Both the position numbers and the translations under genes were made by a program. A DNA stretch of 43,141 nucleotides, taken from the IMG/VR virus record IMGVR_UViG_3300050120_000109, positions 1 through 43,141 of that record. One strand, 5' to 3'. Positions 1 to 6,696 of this stretch are shown here, piece after piece. The notes under the pieces were generated by a model. That model did no database searches. It was not told the origin of the DNA and saw nothing but the letters and a program-made list of their open reading frames with translations. This DNA comes from a virus. How positions within the stretch are numbered: the stretch's first letter is position 1; each line of letters starts with the position of its first letter.

Positions 1-127
1 TGTAGGCAAGCGCCTGGTCGGCAAGCGCGCGGTCGGCGGTCACCCAAATCTCGCAATTGGTGTCGCGGGCAAAGTTCCCGTTCGGCAGCACAATGACGAA
101 TTCGCCGTGCTCGTTCTCGTGGACGCG
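1..127. repeat. 127-bp terminal direct repeat, identical to 43015..43141. This is a contig-end overlap implying a circular, permuted or terminally redundant unit of about 43,014 bp.
   Basis: Base-by-base comparison: 'tgtaggcaagcgcctggtcgg...ctcgtggacgcg' occurs at both ends. Confidence 0.95.
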
Positions 128-340
128 GTGCGTCGGCGGCTGGGTCATGGCAATGCGTAGCGCGGCGGCGATGACCTGCCCGGCCGTCATGGTGTCGTGG
201 TAAACCTTGTTGGCCTTGAACCATGCGGCCTGGCGCTCTTGGTGGGTGGTGGCGTCCATCATTTGCTTAAGCGCCTCACGTAATGACTTTACCTCGGCTT
301 TCAGGCGGGCGGTGTCGTCCTGGGCTTCATGCTTAGTCAT
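1..340 (-). CDS. Hypothetical protein. This is the 5' part of a 118-aa ORF that crosses the contig junction. It starts with ATG at 340 and its stop lies at 42998..43000 in the circular unit.
   Basis: My own reverse translation gives MTKHEAQDDTARLKAEVKSLREALKQMMD...EIWVTADRALADQALAYITQPI*. A strong RBS (AAGGAG) lies 7 nt upstream of the ATG. The ORF track misses it because it runs off the window edge. Confidence 0.6.
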   Translation of the reverse strand, partial: MTKHEAQDDTARLKAEVKSLREALKQMMDATTHQERQAAWFKANKVYHDTMTAGQVIAAALRIAMTQPPTHRVHENEHGEFVIVLPNGNFARDTNCEIWVTADRALADQALAY

Positions 341-369
341 GGTCTCGATCTCCTTGGGGTTGTTGCGGT

Positions 370-594
370 TTAGAGTTTCGGCTTCTTCAAGCCAACGAGG
401 CGGCCATTGTCTGGGTTCGTCAGTCGGCCGATCGTCAGTTGCGGGTGTTGGCGGATGATCTCGGCGGCGCGCTGGATGTCGGCGACGGCGCCGGCCGGCA
501 CCCAAACGTTAACTTGCACAAGCCCGGCCTCGGCCTGCCGCAGCTTGTGGGCACGCTGGCGGGCGGCGTTCCCGGCGCGCTGGGTCGGGCTCAT
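370..594 (-). CDS. Small basic protein (74 aa), possibly an RHH-like DNA binder. Paralog A of 34589..34807.
   Basis: An internal ATG at 594 overlaps the upstream ORF stop as ATGA. The sequence '...RQAEAGLVQVNVWVPAGAVADIQRAAEIIRQHPQLTIGRLTNPDNGRLVGLKKPKL' aligns along its length with the 34589 product. The pattern recalls small RHH/DUF3018-type antitoxin-like proteins, but this is recollection only. Confidence 0.65.
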   Translation of the reverse strand: MSPTQRAGNAARQRAHKLRQAEAGLVQVNVWVPAGAVADIQRAAEIIRQHPQLTIGRLTNPDNGRLVGLKKPKL

Positions 595-812
595 TGGCCG
601 CGTCCAGTGCGGGTTGTCAGCGGCAGGGCCTTCTGCCGGGCGTCCACCTTGCGGGCGGGGCGGACGGTCGCGCATGCGAGGGTGGTATCGCGGCCGTGGT
701 TGCGCCCGCCGCATGCGCACTCGCAAACGTGCCCGCGTGCGCTGGTGCAATGGATGCCGCACGGATGGCCTGCGAGCGGCGGGGGTAGGGGGAAAAGGCT
801 TACTTGCGTCAT
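591..812 (-). CDS. Small Cys/His-rich hypothetical protein (73 aa)
   Basis: ATG at 812. The stop overlaps the start of the next gene in ATGA, which suggests translational coupling. The sequence contains 'HPCGIHCTSARGHVCECACGG'. The RBS is weak. Confidence 0.4.
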   Translation of the reverse strand: MTQVSLFPLPPPLAGHPCGIHCTSARGHVCECACGGRNHGRDTTLACATVRPARKVDARQKALPLTTRTGRGQ

Positions 813-1183
813 CGGTGCGTTGCTCTCGATCTGCCGGTGCGGTATCGCTCTCGGTCCAGTAGTTGTCTCACGTCTAGCGGGCCGGTTCAAGATAAAACGT
901 CTCTAGTAACGGGCCTTTCTTTCCGACGTTCGCATGCAATCGGCCTAACGGCGCTGGCGGCGTTGGGTGACCTATACGCGCATGGGTGACGCGTCGCCGC
1001 GCCACGCGCGAATGTTGCATTTAGGTTATGACCGTAACACGGCTTGCCTTACTTACTTATGTCACTCGAATGTATGTATATATTGGGCTGACGGGCGGCG
1101 GTTACGGTGGGATTACGCACAACGTCTTGGCGTAATCTGCGGCCGGTCGGGTTCGGTGTTGAATTACGCTTGCGTTTGCCGCC
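813..1183. promoter_or_regulatory. Divergent intergenic control region between the minus-strand early operon and the plus-strand terS operon
   Basis: There is no credible ORF. It contains motif copy CTCTAGTAACGG (901..912), an AT-rich patch (about 1009..1087), the inverted repeat GATTACGC-N11-GCGTAATC (1111..1137) and AATTACGC (1162..1169). Confidence 0.6.
901..912 (-). repeat. Copy 1 of the conserved CCGTTACTAGAG motif (minus orientation)
   Basis: Exact 10-mer GTTACTAGAG on the minus strand. It is intergenic, about 88 nt upstream of the minus-strand ATG at 812. Confidence 0.9.
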
Positions 1184-1876
1184 ATGTTCCGGGCGATGGG
1201 TGCTGAGCAAACTTCGATGGAGTTCCGGACGCTGGTGGATATCGATGATATCCGGGCAGCGGTCGAACGCGACGTGTTGGCGCGGGCTGGCGCTGCGCTG
1301 CCTGAACTGACGCATCAGCAACAGTTGTTCGTCGCTGAATACATGATCGATCTGAACGCGACGAAGGCGGCGGTTCGGGCTGGTTACTCGGCGCGCACGG
1401 CGGCGCAAATCGGCTCGCGCCTGTTGAGTAATGTTGAGGTTTCCAGGCAAATCAACGCCTTGCTGACGCGTCGGCTCCGTGCGGCACAGTTGACGGGTGA
1501 CGCGGTGTTGCAGGAGCTACGAAAGATTGCCTTCTCGGACGTGCGCGCGCTCTATGCTGCCGATGGTGAGTTGCTGCCGGTCGGGAAGTTGCCCGATGAG
1601 ATTGCGGCGTGCATCTCGTCTATTGAGGTCGATGAACTGACGCTCGGGGCTGGCGATAAAAAGCGGGTCATTGGCTCGTCCAAGAAAGTCCGGCTGCACC
1701 CTAAACTTGAGGCGCTCAAGATGCTGGCTCAACACTTCAAACTGTTGGGCGAGACTCGGCCGCACGGGGCGGAAATCGAAGGGGAGGTCGTGCCGATGGA
1801 TGAAGGGATGTCGCCGGAAGAAATGCGGGCGGCGGTCGTGAAGCTGATGCAAGCCGGTCTGGGGCGCATCGGATGA
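1184..1876 (+). CDS. terS: Terminase small subunit (Terminase_2-type)
   Basis: 'LTHQQQLFVAEYMIDLNATKAAVRAGYSARTAAQIGSRLLSNVEVSRQI' matches the classic small-terminase HTH signature. The gene is first in the late operon. The start could instead be 1196 or 1217. Confidence 0.9.
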   Translation: MFRAMGAEQTSMEFRTLVDIDDIRAAVERDVLARAGAALPELTHQQQLFVAEYMIDLNATKAAVRAGYSARTAAQIGSRLLSNVEVSRQINALLTRRLRAAQLTGDAVLQELRKIAFSDVRALYAADGELLPVGKLPDEIAACISSIEVDELTLGAGDKKRVIGSSKKVRLHPKLEALKMLAQHFKLLGETRPHGAEIEGEVVPMDEGMSPEEMRAAVVKLMQAGLGRIG

Positions 1877-2172
1877 AGAACCGGGTTCTAACGGCGTTGG
1901 AATTGCGCGCGCTGGCTGCGGCGGAAGATCACGGCGCGATCGTGCTGATGGGTGACGCGGCGCCTCGGACCTTGAAGGCGGGCGGCTGTAACCTGTGCGT
2001 TCCCATGTCGGTGTTGCTGTCGCTGATTGGTGACCATCTGCTGACGTTCGGGACGCGGCGGCGGCTGGTGCCGACTGACGAAGGGCGGGCCGCGCGCCGG
2101 GCTGGGTCGTGTGACGCCTTCGCTCAGTGGGCGGTTGCCGATCGGGTGGCGGAGGTCCTCCATGGCACATGA
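1873..2172 (+). CDS. Hypothetical protein (99 aa)
   Basis: The start overlaps the terS stop (ATGA). It is on the same strand within a tightly packed operon. Confidence 0.5.
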   Translation: MKNRVLTALELRALAAAEDHGAIVLMGDAAPRTLKAGGCNLCVPMSVLLSLIGDHLLTFGTRRRLVPTDEGRAARRAGSCDAFAQWAVADRVAEVLHGT

Positions 2173-2650
2173 CGCGGAAGGGCCTCGCGGCTGCATCCTC
2201 CCCGACGCTGGGGCGCCGGGCGATGTCGTGCGGCTGGTCGGCGTGCTGGGCGTGTCCATCGGGGCGCTGACGCGGCAAGTCGAGTTGTGTGAGCGGGCGG
2301 CGGCGCAAGGGGCTGCCATTAGTCCACACGCGCTGCTGACCAGTGCGGGGCTGTTGGAAGTCTGCGCGGCTCGGTTGCGGGCTGCGGCGCCGGCTGGTCC
2401 AGCGGCGCCGGTCGATCCGACGCAAAGGATTGCCGCCGCGTTCGACACGCTGGAATGGATGCTGACGATCGCACGCGACCGGGACGGGGTTATCGTGCCG
2501 ATGACGCCAAAGCAGGCGAAGGTGACGGCGGACCTGCTGGGTAAGACGGCGGACGCTCTTGCCGAGTTGTCGCGTGGCTACTCCGTCGCCGCTGGGGAGT
2601 TCTATGCCGTCGCGGCGCTCGGGGGCGGCGATGGACCTGCTATCGGCTGA
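2162..2650 (+). CDS. Hypothetical protein (162 aa)
   Basis: An internal ATG at 2162 within ORF 2111..2650 overlaps the end of the previous ORF. The amino-acid composition looks plausible. Confidence 0.5.
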   Translation: MAHDAEGPRGCILPDAGAPGDVVRLVGVLGVSIGALTRQVELCERAAAQGAAISPHALLTSAGLLEVCAARLRAAAPAGPAAPVDPTQRIAAAFDTLEWMLTIARDRDGVIVPMTPKQAKVTADLLGKTADALAELSRGYSVAAGEFYAVAALGGGDGPAIG

Positions 2651-3437
2651 GACCGTCGCGGCTGCCGTGGCTGCGATGACGCTGGATGAATTGCGCCAGG
2701 TCATCGCGTTGGAAAGGGCGATTGATGAGCGAACGCGGTATCGGCGGCTGTGGACATACTACCCGGACGATGGGCCGCTGCGGCGCGCGCTGTATCCGAA
2801 GCATCTCAAGTTCTTCGCCGATGGGCTGGAACATCGCGAGCGTCTCTTCCTCGCCGCGAACCGGGTTGGCAAGACGGAAGGCGCTGGCGGCTACGAGTCG
2901 GCGTTGCACCTGACGGGCCTCTATCCGCCTTGGTGGGTCGGGCGGCGGTTCCACAAGCCTGTCACGGGCTGGGTCGCGGGTAAGACGAACGAAACGACGC
3001 GCGACATCGTGCAAGCCAAGCTGTTCGGCGATGTCCAGTTCATCGGGCCTCGTAAGCGGCTGCGCGGGACGGGGCTGGTGCCGCTGTCGTGCATCGGTGA
3101 GTTGGCGTGGAAGCGCGGCTCCGACCTGCTGGACAGGGCGCACGTTCGCCATCATGGGCCGGACGGCAAGCAAGATGGCTGGTCGAAAGTCGGCCTCAAG
3201 TCCTACGAACAGGGGCGCGGCGCGTTCGAGGGCACGGAACAGCACTTCGTCTGGTTGGACGAAGAACCGCCGATGCCGATCTACACCGAATGCCTGGTGC
3301 GCACGATGACCACGGGCGGGATTGTTATGCTGACGTTTACGCCGCTGGAAGGCATGTCCGAAGTGGTGCTCGCCTTCCTGCCGGGTGGCGAGTTGCCGGG
3401 CGGCGGCGGCGGGCGTGGGAGCGAACCGTACGACTGA
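2631..3437 (+). CDS. terL: Terminase large subunit, N-terminal ATPase fragment (268 aa). It ends with its own stop codon.
   Basis: It has a Walker A-like 'NRVGKTEGAG', a Walker B 'HFVWLDEEP' and a coupling motif 'MLTFTPLEG'. It ends in a Gly-rich tail 'PGGGGGRGSEPYD*'. No nuclease domain follows in frame. Confidence 0.85.
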   Translation: MDLLSAETVAAAVAAMTLDELRQVIALERAIDERTRYRRLWTYYPDDGPLRRALYPKHLKFFADGLEHRERLFLAANRVGKTEGAGGYESALHLTGLYPPWWVGRRFHKPVTGWVAGKTNETTRDIVQAKLFGDVQFIGPRKRLRGTGLVPLSCIGELAWKRGSDLLDRAHVRHHGPDGKQDGWSKVGLKSYEQGRGAFEGTEQHFVWLDEEPPMPIYTECLVRTMTTGGIVMLTFTPLEGMSEVVLAFLPGGELPGGGGGRGSEPYD

Positions 3438-3449
3438 GAGGGAAAGCCT

Positions 3450-4325
3450 ATGACCGAGGAAACAAAACCCGCCGGCGGATCTGCAGGACAGGAAGATTGT
3501 CACATCGCCGGCGAACTGCCTGCGGGGTCCAAGCCGCTCTGCGAGGGTGGCTGTGACTACTCGTTGCCGGGCGCCGCGCCGCGCGATGGGATCGGGCTCG
3601 GGCCGGTGCTGGCCTTCTGCCGGCGTTGCGATGGCCTCAACCCGCTGCTGAGTAACTCGGGTGACCATGCTGTGGTCGCGCTGTCCGAGACTATCCGGGC
3701 CTTCATGTTGCAACCCCTGCCGCCTGCTGCGACCGTCTACGGCGGCTTGACGAGTGAACCGGTGCCGGTGCTGCGCCATCCCGAAGTCGTAGACGCGGAG
3801 ACGCGGGCTAAGCTGCGGCTGTCGGTAGCGGCCTCGGACGGCGGTGCGGCGCTGCTGGACGACTCGGCTGTCGATCGCTTCGCGGCGGTGATGAAGGCTA
3901 AACTGACGGAAAAGCGGGCGGAGGGAAAAGGCGGCTGGTGGACGGCGGATAGACATGCCCTGTGGGCGGCGCTGGAAGCGCACGTCCACATGGAACGCCC
4001 GGTCGATGTCGCAAACTATGCGATGATGGTTTACCTCACGGACACGCAAAGCCCGTCGCGCCGGGTGGTGATGACACGCTACCGTAGGCATCGCGGCGGT
4101 TTGGGGGAGTCCATGGACACGGTCATCCTCGTGGGTGACCACGCGGACCTGTGCCGCGTGATCGCGGACGACTTCGCGTGGTCGGGTGAGAAGATGGGCC
4201 GGGTGACGGTCGAGCGATACGGCTTCGACGCCCGGATCGGCTGGGACACGCACCTCGTCTGCGTCGATGGGGCGGCGGTCGGCTACACGGACGGGCCGCT
4301 CGCGCCGGCCGAGGGGGCGAAGTGA
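3450..4325 (+). CDS. Hypothetical protein with a central MazG-like (all-alpha NTP pyrophosphohydrolase-like) segment, located inside the terL insertion
   Basis: RBS GAGGGAAAG lies upstream. 'FAAVMKAKLTEKRAEGKGGWW...LWAALEAHVHMERPVDVANYAMMVY' resembles the MazG/dNTP-PPase helix pair. The N-terminus is Cys-rich. Confidence 0.6.
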   Translation: MTEETKPAGGSAGQEDCHIAGELPAGSKPLCEGGCDYSLPGAAPRDGIGLGPVLAFCRRCDGLNPLLSNSGDHAVVALSETIRAFMLQPLPPAATVYGGLTSEPVPVLRHPEVVDAETRAKLRLSVAASDGGAALLDDSAVDRFAAVMKAKLTEKRAEGKGGWWTADRHALWAALEAHVHMERPVDVANYAMMVYLTDTQSPSRRVVMTRYRRHRGGLGESMDTVILVGDHADLCRVIADDFAWSGEKMGRVTVERYGFDARIGWDTHLVCVDGAAVGYTDGPLAPAEGAK

Positions 4326-4651
4326 CCGCGCGCTGTGCCGGTGGCTGCCTCTATGCCCGGCCGGTCGGCACGTCGCGTGACCGCTGCTGCGTCAAGTGTG
4401 AAAACCCGGAACCCGGCCTAGACGATGTCTCGATGTTGGACCGCATAAGCTGGGCCATCTGCGCGTGTGACCGGCAATGCCGGCCGGTCTGTCCTGCCAC
4501 GCGGCTGCGCGCGCGTTCGATCTTGGCGCTGTTGGCGTGCCCGACGCGACCGATGGTCATCGCTGGCGGAAACATGGCGGGCGGCAGTGACCCGGTCACG
4601 ATCTGGCGGGCGATGTGCCTCGAAGCCGCGAAGGATGTTCCCTACGCATAA
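4322..4651 (+). CDS. Cys-rich hypothetical protein (109 aa)
   Basis: A GTG start overlaps the upstream stop (GTGA). The gene is inside the terL insertion. Confidence 0.5.
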   Translation: MTARCAGGCLYARPVGTSRDRCCVKCENPEPGLDDVSMLDRISWAICACDRQCRPVCPATRLRARSILALLACPTRPMVIAGGNMAGGSDPVTIWRAMCLEAAKDVPYA

Positions 4652-4670
4652 AGCGTGGGGCTGTGGGGGT

Positions 4671-4680
4671 GTTACTAGAG
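4671..4680 (+). repeat. Copy 2 of the GTTACTAGAG motif (plus orientation)
   Basis: Exact 10-mer that directly abuts the ATG at 4681. Confidence 0.9.
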
Positions 4681-5103
4681 ATGATGAACGACAGGCCAAT
4701 CGACAACCCGACACTGCAAAAGGCGCTGGACGAGGTTAAGCAAACCATGCGGCGCTACGGGTTCGCCGGGTGCGTCATGCTCGTGTCGCCAACCGAAGCG
4801 GCATACGGCTACAGCATGCACGCGCCATGGTCGGCCATTCGTTACGACGGGACAACGCCGCTCGGTTTCCGGTTCCGGGCACAGTCGCAAGTCGATGGCG
4901 AGGAAGTGGCGCACCGTCGCATCGAAGGCGCGATGCACACGATCTGCCAGCTATCCGACTTCGGCGAACAGACAACGATGTGGATGGAAGACCTAAAGCT
5001 GATGCTGCGTCGCGCCGGCATCGAGTTCGATCACACGCCGTTCGGCGGCAGGGTGCTGGAACACCTGGTGCTGGGTGAACCGCCGCCGCCTACCGATGGG
5101 TGA
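4681..5103 (+). CDS. Hypothetical protein (140 aa)
   Basis: Internal ATG at 4681 (MMNDRPIDNPTLQKALDEVKQTMRRYGF...). The composition is globular-looking. Confidence 0.6.
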   Translation: MMNDRPIDNPTLQKALDEVKQTMRRYGFAGCVMLVSPTEAAYGYSMHAPWSAIRYDGTTPLGFRFRAQSQVDGEEVAHRRIEGAMHTICQLSDFGEQTTMWMEDLKLMLRRAGIEFDHTPFGGRVLEHLVLGEPPPPTDG

Positions 5104-5317
5104 CACCGTCTCGGCGTCGGACTGGGGCGACTTCGCAGCGGCGCCAAGGGACGGGACATACATCGACGCGTGGGCGGGCGGTTGCCGGCTGTGCGATGTC
5201 TACTGGTGCGATGAGGGGGACGGGTGGGCCAAGGATGGCAGCCTGATCCTGTTCCCGCACAGGCTAACCCATTGGCGACTGGCGCCGGGGCCTCCGAACG
5301 GTCACGGCCATAGGTAA
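5096..5317 (+). CDS. DUF551-like small phage protein (73 aa)
   Basis: ATG at 5096 overlaps the upstream stop. 'W...PRDGTYIDAW...WCDEGDGW...LTHWRLAPGPP' resembles the DUF551 pattern, whose C-terminus is typically thW.plP.pP. Confidence 0.55.
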   Translation: MGDTVSASDWGDFAAAPRDGTYIDAWAGGCRLCDVYWCDEGDGWAKDGSLILFPHRLTHWRLAPGPPNGHGHR

Positions 5318-5322
5318 CGAGT

Positions 5323-6066
5323 ATGAGTAAAGCCGTTACGATGGCGACATGGGATGATGTCCCACACTTGACCGATAAAGACAAAGCCGAAATGCTGGCC
5401 GCTATTCCTGAGTGGCAACGCGACGCGCGAAGTAAAGGCGTGCCGCAACTCGGGTCTGGCGCAATCTATCCGGTGTCGGAAGACGACGTTGTCATCCCGC
5501 CGTTCGCAATCCCGGCGTTCTGGCCTCGGGGCTATGCTCTCGATGTGGGCTGGAATTGCACATGCGCGTTGTTCGGGTCGCACGATCGGGAGACCGATAC
5601 CCTCTACGTCTACAACGAGCATTATATGGGGAAAGCTGAGCCAAGCACCCATGCAACCGCCATCCATGGGCGTGGGAAGTGGCTGCAAGGGGTTGTCGAT
5701 CCGGCTGCGCGCGGGCGCTCGCAAAAGGATGGCGAGCAACTCATCCAGAACTATCGCGACTTGGGCTTGATCTTGTCGCCGGCAATCAACGGGGTCGAGT
5801 CGGGCATTTTCGAGGTCTGGCAACGTCTCGTGACGGGCCGGCTCAAGTTCTTCTCGACGCTGTCGAACACGCGCGCCGAATACCGGCTCTATCGGCGCGA
5901 CGCGAAGGGGCACGTCGTCAAGGTGATGGACCACGCAATGGACACGCTCCGCTACTTGGTGATGTCCGGTATTCATGTCTTCTCGACTGATCCGGGTTAC
6001 CTGCACAAGCTGGGGCACAAGCCCGGCGTCCTGTCGGAATATGATCCGCACGCCATGACAGAGTGA
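5323..6066 (+). CDS. terL: Terminase large subunit, C-terminal nuclease fragment (247 aa) with its own ATG
   Basis: 'ATWDDVPHLTDKDKAEMLAAIPEWQRDARSKGVPQLGSGAIYP...GYALDVGW...VVDPAARGRSQKDG...VMDHAMDTLRYLV' is the typical RNaseH-fold terminase nuclease half. It starts 5 nt after the preceding stop. Confidence 0.85.
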   Translation: MSKAVTMATWDDVPHLTDKDKAEMLAAIPEWQRDARSKGVPQLGSGAIYPVSEDDVVIPPFAIPAFWPRGYALDVGWNCTCALFGSHDRETDTLYVYNEHYMGKAEPSTHATAIHGRGKWLQGVVDPAARGRSQKDGEQLIQNYRDLGLILSPAINGVESGIFEVWQRLVTGRLKFFSTLSNTRAEYRLYRRDAKGHVVKVMDHAMDTLRYLVMSGIHVFSTDPGYLHKLGHKPGVLSEYDPHAMTE

Positions 6067-6217
6067 CCGGTAGGCGGCAGTGGCGGGGAAACCTGACGCT
6101 GTAAAATAACGGTGCGTAATTAAAACATTACGCTGGAATTACGCAAAACGCCGCGTCTACCCATGCACCCCTCAACGCCGGGCAACCCCGTGCGGCGGCT
6201 GGGGAGGGTCACGAACC
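6067..6217. promoter_or_regulatory. Intergenic region with an ATTACGC motif cluster
   Basis: GCGTAAT (6114..6120), CATTACGC (6127..6134) and AATTACGC (6137..6144). There is no ORF. Confidence 0.5.
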
Positions 6218-6433
6218 GTGTGCATGGGTTCCTCGATGCCATCGGCGCCGCCGCCGCCGCCTCCGCCTCCGCCTGCGCCACAAGCGCCTGATGCCGCTGT
6301 CGGCGCTGCCGGCAATGCGGCTGCGTCGCGTGCTGGTGCGGCCGGTGGACCGATGGCGATGATTGCCAACATGGGCGGGCCGCAAGGTCTGGTTACCCCG
6401 CCTGCCACCACTGGCAAGGCGCTGATGGGCTGA
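6218..6433 (+). CDS. Small Pro/Ala/Gly-rich protein (71 aa)
   Basis: RBS GGGGAGGG lies 9 nt upstream of GTG 6218. It includes a run of nine prolines. It is low-complexity, so it remains uncertain. Confidence 0.4.
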   Translation: MCMGSSMPSAPPPPPPPPPAPQAPDAAVGAAGNAAASRAGAAGGPMAMIANMGGPQGLVTPPATTGKALMG

Positions 6434-6696
6434 TGCCCGCGCTTCCCCCTTTCGTGATCTGTCACGGCATCAACGCAAAGCTGATGCTGGGTCCGACCGG
6501 CTGGACAACGCAACGGGTCGGCGCTCTGTCGTTCAACACGCCGGAAGAGGCGCGCGACTGGGCAAGGTCTGAGCGCAAGGGCCATCCCGCGCTGTTCCCG
6601 AATGCGCCTTGCACCTTCGTGGATAAGGCGATGCCGGAAGAGGTCCTCGGCGCGGCCGTCATGACCCACGACTACGACCCACACGGCGGCTGCTGA
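6433..6696 (+). CDS. Hypothetical protein (87 aa)
   Basis: It overlaps its neighbours at start and stop (TGATG at both ends). The composition is plausible. Confidence 0.5.
   Translation: MPALPPFVICHGINAKLMLGPTGWTTQRVGALSFNTPEEARDWARSERKGHPALFPNAPCTFVDKAMPEEVLGAAVMTHDYDPHGGC

Noticed and set aside
594-906. Plus-strand ORFs across the early control region (407..862, 439..906, 594..788).
   Set aside because: They overlap better-supported minus-strand genes that are translationally coupled (ATGA). They have Arg/Gly/Ala-rich junk-like translations and lack RBSs.
2640-4253. Very long antisense ORFs, e.g. 2640..4253(-), 11998..13662(-), 20480..22084(-), 22100..23503(-), 23975..26548(-) and 26612..28195(-).
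   Set aside because: Their translations are extremely Arg/Pro/Gly/His-rich, lack RBSs, and lie opposite ORFs with clear family signatures. Long open antisense frames are expected in GC-rich DNA because stop codons are rare.
6245-6275. CCG-repeat run (ccgccgccgccgcc...).
   Set aside because: It encodes a nine-residue proline run within a small ORF. It is a simple codon repeat rather than a regulatory microsatellite, although slippage cannot be excluded.
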